Source: Chiloscyllium plagiosum
Lineage: Eukaryota
Reading direction: 5' to 3'
Assembly (NCBI RefSeq): GCF_004010195.1
Contig: NC_057750.1
Coordinates: 14,177,221 to 14,241,220, forward strand
DNA: 64,000 nt
A program made the position numbers and the translations under genes. Positions 24,920 to 39,365 of this stretch are shown here, in pieces; the first letter of the stretch is position 1, and each line of letters starts with the position of its first letter. The notes under the pieces are model-generated. The model was not told the DNA's origin. It saw only the letters and a list, made by a program, of their open reading frames with translations, and did not search any database.

Positions 24920-27650
24920 TATAGAATAGAATAAGGCCCTTCAGCCCATTTAGTCTGCACTGGTCAAAAACAAGCACCCAACTATTTTAATCCCACTTTC
25001 AGCACTTGGCACATAACTGTATGCCTTGACAACGTATGTATCTAAATACTGCTAAACTGTTATGAGGGTTTCTGCATCTACCAATCTTACACCCACCACT
25101 GAGTGGAGGAAAAGGTTTCCTCCCATCCTTTCTAAACCTCCTGCCCTTTACTATAAATCATGACCCCAGTCATTGATCCCTCCACTAAGAGGGGGTGGGG
25201 GGGTGGGGGTGGGGGGGGAGAGAGGGAGAGAGATCCTTTTCTGTGTATCCTACCTATGCCTCTCGTAATTTAATGCTTCTCAATCATGGTGGCTCAGTGG
25301 TTAGCACTGCTACATGAGTGCCAGGGAACCGCATTCGATTCCAGCCTTGGGTGACTGTCTGGAATTGGCATGTTCCGAACCTGCATGGATTTCCTCCTAC
25401 GTTCAAGGATGTGCAGGTTAGGTGGATTGGCCATGTTAAAAATGGGATTGTGGGATTACTGGGATCAGGTAGGGGACTGGGATTTAAGTGGGATGCTTTT
25501 TAGAGGGTTGATGTAGACTCAGTGGTCCAAATGGCCCCACTCAGCACTGTAAGGGTTCTGTGTTGCCCCATCAGTCTCCTCAGCTCCAAGAAAAGCAACC
25601 CAATCTATTCACTTTGTAATTAAAGCTCTAGTCCAGGCAAGTCATGGTAAATCTCCTCCACACCTCCTCCAGTGTAATCACAACCTTCCTATCATTGGAT
25701 TCAGAACTCTAGCTGTGGCCTAACCAACATTGTATACAGTTCCAGCATACCCTCCCTGCTGTTAAACTCTAAGCCTGGGCTACTAAAGGCAATCTACCTG
25801 TCCTGCAAAAGGAACTGATTGAATTGCATACCAAGGTCCCTCTGACGCTCTGCGCATCTAAGGGTCCTAGCGGTCGTCATGTATTCCCTTGCCTTATTCT
25901 TTTCTGTTCAAGTGCACCACTTCTCAGTTATCCAGATTGAATTCCATTTGCCATTGATCAGTCCATCTGACCAGTATGTTTGTATCCTCTTGTAACCTTA
26001 AGGCTATCATCCTCACTATGTACAACCCCACCAATTTTTGTATCATCTACAAACCTACTGATCAATCCTTCTACATTTATGAAATTGTTTATATATAATC
26101 ACAAATAGCAAGGGCCCCAACACTGCAAAAAAACTCACTGGACACACCTCTCAACCAGCACCCTCTACTTCTTCCACTCAGCGAATTTTGGATCCAAATA
26201 ACCAAATTTCCTTGGATCCATAGGCTTTTATCTTCGCTAACAGTCTCCCATCTGGGACTTTATCAGCAGCCTTGCTGACATCCAAGTATACAACAATGAA
26301 TGCATTTCCATTACCTCCACACCTTGTCAGACAAGACAAAATCATGCTGACTGTCCATGATTAATTCTTGCTTCTCTAGATGCAGATTAATTCCGTCCCT
26401 CAAACTTGCTTCCAATAGTTTCCCCATCAGTGAGGTTAGACTAGCCTTCGGCTTCCTGGTTTACCCCTTGTTCCCTTCTTGAATAAAATGGCTGTTCTCC
26501 AGTCATTTGGCATTGCTTGTGGCCCTGGAGGAATTGAAATTAATTACCAGAGCCCCTGCCAATTCCTTCCTTGCTTCACACAACAGCTTGCGATACATTT
26601 CATTTAGCCTTTGAGATTCACCTACTTTTAAGCTTGCCAAGCCACTCCTAAACTCCTTTTTGTCGATGCTACTTTCTTTCAGGATATCACAGTCCTTCTC
26701 ACTGGTTTCTGTACCCTCCCTCTCATCAGTGAGTACCAACACAAAATATTAAATTAAGACCTTACCAGCTCCACACATTCTTTACTATTGTCATCATTGG
26801 TGGACCCAACTCTCTTCCTAATTAAACATTTATCCTTAAAGTTCTGGAAAAATAAAATAAGATTTTCCTTTATTTCACCTTGTTGTTCTTGTGTGTCCCC
26901 TTTTTGGTTCCCTACCTTTTTAAAGTTTCCCTTGCACACTCTGTACTCCCCCAGGGCTTCTACTATTCTGAGAACTCCGTATCAGCCATAAGTCTCCCTT
27001 TTTTTCCTCTTTACCCAATTCTGACTATTCTTCGTTATCCAGGGATCACATGATTTGTTGGTTGCACCCTTTGTCTTTCTTGGAACTTGTTGGCCCTGTA
27101 CCCTCCCTGTTTCCCTTCATGAATGCATCCCACTGTCCTGACACTAACTTACCTAAAAGTATCATCTCTTGGTTTGCTCTGGTCAAATTATAACTGATCT
27201 TATTAAATCAGTCTTAAATTTAATGGAGCTTTGATTGCTGTCTGCAAAATACTTCAACATAAACTTAAGCCCAGGTCTATCTGCCTTGAGAATAGTCTTT
27301 TACATTGCTTAAAAAGTTCTCCTGAATGCATTTTAAGAATTTTATTCCCTCTAAACCTTTCACACAATGACAACCCCAGTTAAAATTGGGGAAGGTGAAA
27401 TCCCCTACTGTAACTACCCTCTTTGTTTTGCACTTGTCTAAAATTTGCTTACACGTCTGTTCTTTCTCTCTGACTGTTGGGGCCCTATAATACTGCTTTT
27501 TTTGGTTTTTAATTTCTGCGTGCATGCATACATTTGAAGAGCGTTGTAAGATTTCTTCTCTCTATACTGCTGTAATTGATTCTCTGATCAATAGTGTGTT
27601 ATTCCCTCCTCTTTTACCTCTTTATCTGCTCATGATTGAAGACTCTATGA
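24920..27650 (-). mobile_element. Old CR1 LINE (endonuclease to tail)
   Basis: Minus translation YYRAP..VVTVGDFTFPNFNW..FLKCIQENFL; RT remnants; tail near 24920. Confidence 0.8.
25287..25560 (+). mobile_element. V-SINE, diverged, nested in CR1
   Basis: GGTGGCTCAGTGGTTAGCACTGCT head; GATGTGCAGGTTAGGTGGATTGGCCATG. Confidence 0.8.
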
Positions 27651-28234
27651 ATTGACCAGCTGGAGTTATAGAATCATTGTAATTTACATTACAGAAGAGA
27701 CTAATTCAGCCCATTGATTCCCTCCTCCAAGTGAAGCAATCCAGTCAGTCCTATCTCCCCACATGATCCCTGTAAGTTTACTACACGTGCCCATCCAATT
27801 CCTTTTGAAGTCTTTGTTTGTTTCCCCTGTCACACGCTAGTGGGCAGCAAGTCCCTGTTTGAAACCACTTGCTGCATTGGGAAAAAATGTCTTGCTGCAT
27901 TTTCCCTGGCATCTCTTTTTAATTAAATCTTAGAATTGTGTACAATGTACCACCAGCTAATGGGAAGAGGCTTTCCTTGGCTGGAAGGTTCTGACATATT
28001 TACGCATAGTTGCAGACCCATAATGTTCACACAATTCATTCTCTTTCCCCTTGCCAGCACTGCAAATTGGAAAGTCTAAAGAATCTGACTTCTAAATGCT
28101 TTACATGCACCACATCCTACATGAGCACACCACATGAGCAGCCGGCCTCTTGTAACAATGTTGCATCAGAGACTGAGGCTTGCACCGCAGCAGTACTGCA
28201 GTCTGGCAGACAAGATAGGTCCTTTTTCAAAGAG

Positions 28235-28437
28235 CTGAAAATGTGTTGCTGGAAAAGCGCAGCAGGTCAGGCAGCATCCAGGGAACAGGAGAATCGACGT
28301 TTCGGGCATAAGTTCCTGAAGAAGGGCTTATGCCCGAAACGTCGATTCTCCTGTTCCCTGGATGCTGCCTGACCTGCTGCGCTTTTCCAGCAACACATTT
28401 TCAGCTCTGATCTCCAGCATCTGCAGACCTCACTTTC
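28235..28437. mobile_element. Palindromic Penelope-derived mini-element with 15-bp TSD
   Basis: Perfect 82-bp inverted arms 28231-28312 / 28327-28408; direct repeat TCCTTTTTCAAAGAG at 28220-28234 and 28438-28452. Confidence 0.9.
28313..28348 (+). ncRNA. Minimal type I hammerhead ribozyme-like motif
   Basis: CUGAAGA-A-GGGC-UUAU-GCCC-GAAA-CG-UC; stem II intact, stem III reduced to palindromic ACGU, stem I only about 2 bp. Confidence 0.6.
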
Positions 28438-29579
28438 TCCTTTTTCAAAGAGGTCAAGGGAGTTCAATTCCAGTGCTTTCAATGGCCACCTCTACCCCAA
28501 TCTGTCGTCTCGATCATTCCCAAATTGAGAGAGGTCTTGGCTCATCCCCTATCCAACAAGAAAGCTTGCTGCTCCTGTTGCCCACTGGAAACAGTTAATT
28601 GCAGCGAAGGCATGCAGAAGCTCTAAAGTGATTGTTAAGGCCCTTAATTGGTCAATTAATTGGCAGTGGGAGGGGAGAATCTACCATTTCCTGCTCTTTG
28701 TCTTTAAGCCAATGTTTTATCTGTTTGGTTTAGTACTCTGATTATGTTGCAAGACATTAATGCTGTATATCTACTTGCATAAATTCTGTTCACGCTAGTC
28801 ACAAAACATTAATTTTTTTTTAATCAATTGGAATCCAGTTTGAAAACTTTAGTCAGTGTTTTTAAGTGGACTTCATTTGTACACTGGATTGCCATTTTGG
28901 TTTTATTTTATGTAAACTTAGGGATATTATGTTTTTAAATATTTATATTTTGCATATTTCATACAAGTGACCAAAGCTGATCCAAGTGAACAGATTGATA
29001 TATAGAAGATATTAATCAGGTAGTTTAAACCTGTTGAGGTATATCTTTAATATGTTTGTTTGTTCTCTCTCCATCATTAGAGCAGGGGTGATGCAGTCCT
29101 CATGTGATTCAGCTTTGTTCTGTTAGTTTTGAGGTAGCTACCATGTCACATGTTTGCAAATTCTTCTGTAGTGTAATATTGCCACCAAAATTTCAGTTGT
29201 ATGCTAAATCAACCTATGCATTTTTCTGTTAACAATTTGAGATTTGATTTTTATCTACTATGTAAGCGAATATACTTAAAATACACCTGTAATTCAAAAA
29301 AACCAAAATCTTCTCAATGACATTCTTGATAGTATGCAAAATTATATGAATGGAGTTTAGGTGTTTTACCCATTGTGCTTTTCCCACAGTAATTGGTATG
29401 CTCCTGTTTGACCATGGAAGATTTTTATAAAAGTATAAAAGCAAGATAAGGAATAAATGTCTTTAAAGATCCAAATTATTGTTAATTTTATGCAAGTAAC
29501 CTGACAATCATGGAATTGAATCTCCATTAAAATGAGTGGTGTAAAGTACAGTAGACTCACATTTCCTTTCTATTTGCAG

Positions 29580-29684
29580 AATGTGCCTCCAGACCTTGCA
29601 ATTTGCAGCTTTGTGCTGGAGCAGTCACTCTCTGTGCGAGCCCTGCAAGAGATGTTGGCCAACACAGTTGAAAAGGGCAATGAG
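29580..29684 (+). CDS. RYR1: Ryanodine receptor exon (RYR1 exon 3), [35 protein letters not shown]
   Basis: 105 bp, tttgcag| and GAG|gtaggt; RyR motif [24 protein letters not shown] is the RYR1-type spelling. Confidence 0.95.
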
Positions 29685-32600
29685 GTAGGTTTGCAAAATA
29701 AAGTTTTGGATGGGGTAAAATCAAATTTATTAAGCATTTTAACTCCGTGCCAATTTATTTGGAACATGTCTTGCTCTGAATCAGCAATTTTGAGTTTGTC
29801 TTGAAGCTAGTAAAATTATTAAGACTATAGAACTTGATTTTGAAGTTACCTAAATTAAAATGAGCATTAATAAAATACATTAGTTATATAATTTAGTTGT
29901 GAGATAACGTGCCTAACCTTGATGGTCTATAGTTGAAATATTGATTGTAAGAATTATAAACAACTTGCAGTGGGTACCATTTTTGAGAGAAAGCTTCATA
30001 ATGTTCTTAACAGTTCCAAATTTTTATTTTATTCTCTGATTTAGTTACCAAATTTCGATACTATATCGAATGACAATGAGTGACAAAATTGAAGAATTTA
30101 CAAATTAGTTTTATCTGATTGGCATTAGCTGCCCCATCTATGATCAATGTGGTTCCTGAAATTGATTTGAGTTCTTTTAATGTTGGAAGGAAGGGACATT
30201 ATGGATTTTATTGAATAATTTCCTAAATGTACAGTTCAGCAGGATACTCTTAAACTAAGACAACTTCACTATTACTGTATGATTATGGATTTAGGACTAT
30301 ATTCATGTTGTGTCTTCTGTTTGCCCCATTATTTGTGGAGCTCTGGTCACCTCTGTGACATTTCAATTAAATTGTGCTTGAAGGCATGCCTGAAACTGAA
30401 TAAAATGTTTCTTTTTGCCCAGGAAACATTTGTATTCAACACTATTATTTTCCTGTAATGTTGAAATATTTTTGAAATATTTTGATTTTGTATGTGTCCA
30501 AATAGGATAAAATAGATTACTGTAGTTACTTTGTTTGAATATTTAGTACAGCCTACTTTATTAATTCATCATTTGTATATCCAACAGCTTTTCTATTCCA
30601 GCACCTGATTGAGGTGCGAGATCCTTGGGCAAAATTAGAAATCCTGATGATAAATTGAATGCAATGTCACTTTTTTCATAATGCAATACCTGCTAATTGC
30701 TACTCTTCAATTCCAGTTCTAATATTATGAACTCCAGATGTATTACAGAAAAATTGTATAACAAAAGACAAATAACCAGGAAACAGATGGGAGAATGATT
30801 TATGAGAGAAGACTATTTTGGGAGATGACATTGGTAAAATGTATGTGAGATATTCAACAGTAGCTTGGTATTTCACATATTAAATAGAAATGAGGAGGGA
30901 AAGGTGTATTATTTAATTTATTTGTTTAATCAATATTGATGTCATTAGTGAGTGGTCTCAATAACAAATAAAAGTAATAAATGTCAACTTTATACCTTTA
31001 ATACCAACTTATTATAGAAGATAATGTGTTTTTCAAACCCATGATTTCCTAATTATTTTAAAACCATAAATTAAAGGCACCTGAAATTTTGTAAATTTCT
31101 CATTTATGAACTATTTATATGAAATATTCTTATGGTGCATTAAAGAGTGAAATGAAATATTGGCTACTTTTTCATTCTCTATTCTGCACGTGATATGTGA
31201 TTTATAGCCTGGCTTGTTGGGTTGCAGAGAAACCATATGTTGAGCACGTACATGATATTGCGGATTAGTGGGTCTGGATGGATCATTCAAGCTAGCTTTT
31301 TCTCATTCTGTAGGTTCTTTGCTGTTAGTTGTAGACATTTATGCACTAGAAGTTGAAGATATTGTTTCCAGTTTCTCTTATAGATACAAATAGAATAATT
31401 AGACTTTATTTCAAAATATTAGCCCAGTTATTTTTAGGTCCCCCAGATTATTGTTTTTGTTGGGGCAAAGTGGGGATGTATATCAACACTGTGGAAATCC
31501 AGTAGCTGACTGGAATTGCCCAAGAATTCTGATTTGACAATTCCCCTGAAAAATTGAAGGTTTTAGAGGTTTTTCACTTATTTAGCTTAATAGTTGCTCA
31601 GGAAAGGTTAGAACATTAAAAGCCCACTCCAACTCCTGGGCAACTATTAAGCAACACTTCTGATTCACCACTGACTTTAACTCTCCCTGACCTGATTCTT
31701 CAACCTGCCCGAAGCACTTATCTGATAACCTCCATTCACTTGGCACCCCACCTATCTGTTCCACCCACCTATTTACACTTTGCTTATATACTTATCCCTT
31801 CACAGTAACTGTCAAAAGTGAGTGTGGGCTTTAAGAGTATAGAATACAGCATTTATTGCTTTTAAAATAGATGTGGCTTTGCAATGATCGTCTCCACTGC
31901 TAGCTGCAAGGTTTCCTGGACTGTTCTGTGTTATTTTGGAAGAGGAAGTTTCTGTCCAAGAATGTCCAGAGTAAATTTGATCCAAAATAAGTGTTTAATG
32001 TTTTAACAGATCAGCATTGTAAATAGGATTTCTGGCCATGACTAGAATTTCTGTGCTATTCTGTATATGTACAGAGTATTTATGGTCAACGACTCTTAAA
32101 ACAAGTAATTCAGTAAAGAGTTCATTCTCAAGTGCAAATTTAAAACTTATATTGTATACAAAAAGTATTCTTCAAGGTTATGCTTGCACAATTTATTTGT
32201 TCACATCAAAGCAAATAAAATATCTGTATGCTTGGGTGATTAGCACTAGCTTTTTAAATGTTTACAGTATGCAATCAACCATTCAAAAGTGCTGATGCAC
32301 ACAATTAATTATTCCAAACATTTTTAGTCAACCCCACATGCTTCTGCAAAGCATTAAATTTGCCCGCGGTTCAAAAAGTTCACTTAGAAAAGATGGCCAC
32401 ACTGTTACACGTATATCTGAAGATAGGATAAGAAGCACAATCAGGCTCAGGAACCTCCAGTTGCGCTTTGAAGATTGATCAATGCTGGCAAATACCTCAG
32501 TCAGTACAAAAGCCTGGCTTGAGTCAGACTATGCCAAAGCAGTGCTGAGAAACCTCTTGCATTCAGTGAAATAGATTAGTACAAAGAGCACACTAGCAAT

Positions 32601-35329
32601 AAGATGTTACTAAATCATCCTGAGATATTTAGACAAATTAACTTTAATCCCACTCAAAGAATTGATTATTTGTCATTAACCCAGGAATTACTTTAAACAA
32701 TGGCCTTGGCCATCACTAAAGGAATTTATTAACTATTAAATGACCCTTAGAATATCTTCTGTCATGAACCTGATGGAAATCAGACCCCTTATTCCATGAA
32801 CTGTTACATGAAAAATTGCCAATTCAGTCTCTAGAATGGTTACTGCCAGACTGTGACCACTGTCTTAAGACAAAAGAAATTCGCACCAGGTTCATCAATG
32901 AACAAGAAAGCAATTTATTTATTATAACAAATGTATCCTGTAACATGGCAGAGTAGATTATTAAACTATACCCCATTAATATCAAATACACATGCATTTA
33001 TTCACACAAGAGGGACACAAAATCAGTCTTTTTAAGACTATAACAACTGGAAAGTATGGAGTCCAAAAAAGACATCCATTCCATTGATTCAAAGTTCAAT
33101 CAAAAAGGGAAATGAGGTGACTTTTCTCAGCTTTAAGAAAAGGTTTTGCCATTGATATCACACTTCTGTTAACTGTGGCAGTTCTCAATTCGGTGGTTAG
33201 TCAATTAAACTGATGTCCTGGTTTAGATTTAAAGTCTGGAGGTGTTTATTTTTGTTTCTTTTCACAAAGACTTTGAGTATTATCTCCTTTTCAATTTAAA
33301 AACAGATTTTGTTTGATGTGGACTGTTTGTTTCTCTCGGTGACCAACTACCATTTACAACCAGTCCATGAGCAGTTGCTCATTCTTCCAAAGGCTCCTAG
33401 TGCTACATATCCCAAAGAAGTATCAAAATCTAGCTTCCAAAAAATACATGTTCTGGTTAAACAACAAGTTTTAGGACTCTTGCAGATTATCTTCTCCAAA
33501 ATTGATCATTAAAAATAACAAAGATGTGAGCTGGAATTTGTGGGTTGAAGATGACTGGGACACAGGTTGTAGTAAAAGGTAAAGAAGAGGCCAAAAAAGT
33601 TTTTTTTTGAGGCCAGGCCTGGAGTCTAATTGCAGGTTGAGTCTCGATCGAAAGAATCCTAACAGACACAGCGACCCTGGGAAGAGCATTATGTTTAAAT
33701 AGATAGTAGAAGTCAAGGTCAGTGCATGGAAATTGCCTCCAAGTCAGGAAGAGATTCTGTGCTCAAGCAGATGGCAGTTGTTGAATGGCATTTGAGGCCT
33801 TCGGAAAAGGCTATTGGTTTATCAAGGCACAGTCATTATTGAAGTTTATTTTCTAGAACTATGTTTTCTGGGAAGGTGAACTTGGTTGCTGACAATACAG
33901 AATGAAGATTTGAAAGCTCCTTGCCTAAACTTGCACACCAGCTTTTGGCAGCACTGAGAGGGAAAAAGCTGAATGATAAGTGTTACCACCTGAGTGAACT
34001 GAAGACAACCTTGATTGATGGTTCCAGAAAAGCAACCAAGAAATCTACATCTATGCCTATGGCATCATGAAAGCCATTTAAGTAATCTGACCAATTTTGT
34101 TATTTTCTTTTATTTATCCCTTAACTGTTTCTTTGTATTTATCTGTCCTCTGTGCAAATGGAGCGGAAAACAATTTTTCAGGTTTAAAGCAAAGACATTA
34201 ATTAGATTACGGTGTTGTTTAATTTTTCTGTTATTGTGTATTTAATAAATTCTGTATTTTTGTTTATGATAAACCAGTTTCAGGAAATTAATTATTCATT
34301 AAGTTTGGGATTGGTTATTCAAAAATATGATCCGGGATCATTGGTGTAACTATTTGGTGTGTTTGGGGTTAGTGTTACTGTGCTGTGCATAAAGAGGTAG
34401 AAAAGTTGTCTGTTTTCATGTTGTAGCATCCCACAGTTCAACTTTTACTTTGGATTATTTTTAAAAATAATCCACACTTCACTTTTCTGGTTTGCATTTC
34501 CAAATAAAATATCTGTGGCTCTTACACCCGTCTCTGGAATATTGAGGTCTCTGCAGCTCCAAACCAATAAAATACTTGAAAACAATCTCAACATTGTGTG
34601 GCTTTTGAGAATATATAACCCTTGTGTATTTACATTTATAGTCATGTGTCCTACTTTATTTAGAGGCTTCTGAGTGGCTTCAGTCCACAGGCTGAGGAGG
34701 TAGAAAAGAAGAATTTGAATTTTCACTGGCCATTCACAAATTCAGGAAATCTCAAATAACTTTACAGTCGATAAGACAAATATTTGAAGTACAACACTGT
34801 TAGGTAGAAAAGACTATCCACTTTCCAAATAATGTAAAGCATATTTTTGATTGTGTTCTGAAATGTGAAAAGGACGTTTTTAAAACTAAGGATTATAAAA
34901 AGGATTGCTTCACCTAATACAATGAGTTTGGTAATTTATATTTAAGTGTATTTACTTCACATGGTCAGGAAATTTCTCACAATCAGGAAGGAGAGATCAC
35001 TTCCGGAGGTAGGCATAGCCTGAGTTTCTGGGATTTTGCAGCAACACGGAGGGAAGAGATGCAGTTTGCTTGCTTTTTTGGCTCTGCTTGTAAAAGGTCT
35101 TTTAACAGCATAAATTAAAGCCCATGATCAGGGACATAGCACAAAACAAACAAACACACCCAGAGGGAAAGCTGCAAGTACATTGGTTGGTAATAGCTGC
35201 TATTTTGATTATCTTAGTTACTTTCAGATTAAAGGTGGGTAGCAGAAATATTTTACAGATTTTGAAAAGAAACTAAAAAACCAGTAGGAAATCTAAGATT
35301 AAAAAAAAAACACATTGTAAGAACAAAAT

Positions 35330-38160
35330 AAATAACAGAAATGCAGGGCAAGGTGACATGTTGTTCCGCATGATGTGGGAGCTGATGGTCTCTATTGCAG
35401 TTGATAGTGTTGGTTGATTGAGGAACTCTGGCTCAGAATTGATAAGCTATAGTCTGATCTTAGAACATTGATACATCAGGGAGGGAGAGTGTAGCCTGTG
35501 TTTCAGGAGGCAGACAGACCTCATGGATTAAGTACTTCAAATTTGGCCAGTGGTCTGGGAAAGGAAGGTATGATTATGAGCAAGGCAGTTAGTGGGAGCC
35601 AGGAGGTAGTATTGCAGATCCCCTAGCTTGTCTTAACAGGTTTGAGATTTTTTTTGCTCCCTGTGTAATGAGATTAGGGGACCTTAGGCAGAATAAGCAA
35701 ACTAGCCATAGTACCATGTTACAGGGAGCTATTCGAGTGAGTGGAGAAAAGAGAAATGTTGTTACTATCTAGTCAGGGGACTAGCTGCTGTTCTCTGACC
35801 AGAATCGGTAATCCCAAAGGTTGTGTTGTCTGGCTGATGCTTGGGTTCAGGATATCTTCGTTGGGTTGCAGAGGAGCTTGGAGTGGGAGGGGAAGGATCC
35901 AGTTGTCATGTTCCATGTAGGTACCAGCAGTATTGGTTGAAAGAGTTCTGCAGAGGGAATATGAGCAGTTAGGGGCTAAATTAAAATACAATCAGTAAAG
36001 GCCTGAGCCACATGCTAATTGGCACAGGGTCAACAAGATTAAAGGGATAAATGCGTGGTTCAGCGATTGGTGGGAGAAATGTGTTAAAGTTCATAGGATA
36101 GTTGACAATAGTATGGGGGAAAGGAGGAAGCTGTTTGATGGGATGGGTTCCACCTGAATCAATTTGGTACCAGAATTGTGGCCGGTTGCAAATTAGGGTT
36201 GTATACAGGGATTCAAACCAAATAAGGGGCTGGATTCAATTGCATGGAGAATAAGAAACTCAAAGATAAACATTCAGATTGCAGGTTGTAATGGGGCTGA
36301 TTGTTATCAAGTACAGGGCAGAATCTATGAATGTCATTATTATACTAAGGAAACATAAAATTGTGGGGGAATTTGATATTAGAACAAATTTAAAGGCTTT
36401 GTATCTTAATGCATGAGCATTCGGAATAAGGTAGACAAACTGAGAGTGCAAATTGAGTAAATGATTATGATTCCTAGTCATTACGGAAACATAGTTACAA
36501 GGAGGTCAAAACTGAGCACTAACGTTTAGGGATATTTGATCTTTTGGAAAGACAAGGCGGTTGGAAAAGGTGCCTGGTAGCACTTAAGAAATGAAATGAG
36601 GACAGTTGTGAGAGATGTTCTAAGCTTGGATGACATATAGGTTGTACGGGCAGAGGTTAAAAAACAGCAAGGGAAAGAAGTCATTAGGAGGAGTATGCAA
36701 ACCCCCAAACAGTAGCCACTGTGGAGGAAACGCTATAAATTAGCAAATAATAGGAACATGTACAAAGAATAGAGCAATAAATATGGGTGACTTTAATATT
36801 AGTGTTGATTCGTTTAATCAAATTGGAAATAGCAAAAGCCCTAAAGACACTGATAAATTCGGAATCCAGCAAAAGAGGGTTAAAAAGATTTTACAAAGAG
36901 AAAAAGTAAACCATGAGGGCAAACTAGCAAGGAATATACAAAAAAGACTATTTGAGCTTCTAAATAGTTAAAAAGGAAGAGAGAAGGTCAAAGTGAATGT
37001 GGATCCCTTACAAAATAAGCCTGGTACGATGGTTATGGGGAGCAGGAAATGACAGGAGTTTAGTAGGTGCTTTATGTCAGTCTTTACAGTGAAAGATACT
37101 TCAAACATCCCATTAATATTAAAGAGTAGATGGGAGAATTAAGCACCATCTCCATCACCAGAGAAGTAGTATTGGATATACTAACGTGGCTAGAGGGAGA
37201 AGTTCTCTGGCCCTGATGGCTTGCATCCTCAAGTTGTAAGAGAGATAGCTACAAGATAGTGGCTACAGTGGTTGTAGTTTTCCAAATGTCCCTGGATCTG
37301 GAGATGTACCAGAGGATTGGAAAACTGTCTATCTGGCACCTCTACACAAAAAGGGAGGGAGGCAAAACGTGTGTATCTATATCTTATCTATCTATAAGGC
37401 ACACAAGTTGTCAAGTGGAATATAATGTGGAAGTGAGAACAAGAGAACGATATTATTTCAATGGAGGAAAATGGCGGAAAGCCGCAACACAAAAGGACTT
37501 GACAGTACTTAGGTAGAAAGCTAGCACACAGATGCAGCGTCAGGAAGCCTGATGGAATGTTGGCCCTTGTTTCAAGGGAGTTGGACTATAAGTGGGGAAG
37601 TCTTATTGCAACCGTACAAGGTTTTGAGATCACTTCAGGAGTACTGTGAACAGTTTTGGTTCCCTTTATTTAAGGAATCATATAAATTTCATTGGAGGCA
37701 GTTCAGAGAAGGTTCAATGGGATGGTCCTTGGAATGAAAGTATTGTCTTATGAGCAAAGGTTGAACAGGTTGGGGCTGTACTCACTGGAGTTTAAAAGTA
37801 TGCGGTGATATAATTGAAACATATAGATTCTTCAGGGGCTTGACAGGATAAATTCTGAGGAGTTTTCCCCTCGTAGGTGAGTCTAGGACCAGAAGACAGT
37901 ATCAGAATAACAGTTCTTCAGTTTAAGACATAAGAAATTTTTCTCTGAGGGTCGTGGGTTTTTGGAATTTCTTGCCTCAGAGCTGTGGAGCTAGACTTTA
38001 AGACTGAGCTGGATTGTCGATCAATCGGGGAATCAAGGGTGATGGGGAAGGGGCAGGAAAGTGGACTTGAGGAATGTTAGAACAGTCATGATCCTATTGA
38101 ATGGTGAATGCAGGCTGGATGGACTGAATACTAACCAAGTTCCTATTTCGTATGCTTTTA
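35330..38160 (+). mobile_element. Old, heavily deleted near-full-length CR1
   Basis: ORF1 remnants (MMWEL, CCLxDAxVQD esterase region), ORF2 remnants (YLNAxSIRNK, MGDFN, SGPDGLHP, EYCEQFWFP), 3' tail. Confidence 0.75.
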
Positions 38161-39149
38161 TGATTTTACAGTGATGTGATATTCAACCATTGGAGGGGTT
38201 TGTCCTCTGCCTGACAAGAACGATGGGGGTTAGCTTCTGGGTAGCTGAACAGCTTGTGAGTGTGAACAGTATTACTAGAAACGCTCACTAGTTGGTTAAA
38301 AGCAATAGTTTACAATCAGTCCGTGCTTGCTGCAAGGAAATGAAACAATCTGGGGAAGAGAGATTGAAGAATAGCACGTCCTGGTAACTGAAAGATCATT
38401 TTGATAAACCGTGTGATAGGAGCCATTGAACTGCATTCCCAGCTTTTCCCTCAATCCATAACATAATATTTTTTGTCTGGTGTTTGCCTATATGTATATC
38501 TCGGGGGAGTATTCTAATGTGATTAGAGTACATGTTGACAATTCATATTGTTAATCTGTAGCTAGAATTCACTTGTTTGTAACAAATAGTAATTCCTGGT
38601 AAATACAGAAACCTGGTCCATGTTTTCTGTTTGTTCGGGTCTAAACAGAAGTTAAAATGGGAAACCTTTCCATACTTTGATAAAATCTTTAATTTTTGTG
38701 ACAACTCCAAGAAAAGAGAGGCTTGTTTTCCAGCAGAACACACCAGTGAAGCATGACCATCGCATACAGATAAATCATCAGATAATTTCCTTCAATTTCT
38801 TTTGTTACATAATATTCTGTATTGCCCTGGAGGTCTGACTTTGGTTCCCTTCTCTTTTAGCTCTTGATGGAAGAATGTATTTCACCTGTACCTGATGTAA
38901 TTCTTTTGGGAAAGGTCTAAATGAATGTTTATTATTGTTGAAATAGATTTACATACATGCCTGAATGAAGTCCATCACCTTTATTCTTCCATAGCAACAG
39001 CTTACTCGTCTGATTAAATCTTGCAAGTATATAGTTTTGAAAAAGAGGGGGGGCGATTATTAAATGGCTAGTTAGTTTCAATTGATTATGAGTCCAATAT
39101 GAGCTTGTACGATTTTACAAATTCTAGACCTTTATTACGGAGACTATCT

Positions 39150-39365
39150 CACTGTTCTGTTGTAACATGTTTCGTTAATGCGAATTCGTTGTAATGTGAT
39201 TGATGAATTGGGGACACTCTTTCTAAAGTGCGAACTTTCAAAACATCAGTTGGTTGTAACGCGATAACATCGCCAACACTTTAAGTGCTGTTTCTAAACT
39301 AGTTTTTCTATAACGCGGGGTTGCACAAGAACACAACCATCGTATTATCGAAGAACTACCTGTAT
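39150..39365. mobile_element. Probable Tc1/Tigger-type MITE remnant
   Basis: CpG-rich patch with repeated (G)TAACGCG sub-motifs, ends AACTACCTG|TA; left terminus degenerate. Confidence 0.45.

Noticed and set aside
32760..34430. LTR-like remnants
   Set aside because: Looks repeat-derived but no boundaries or diagnostic motifs I can support.
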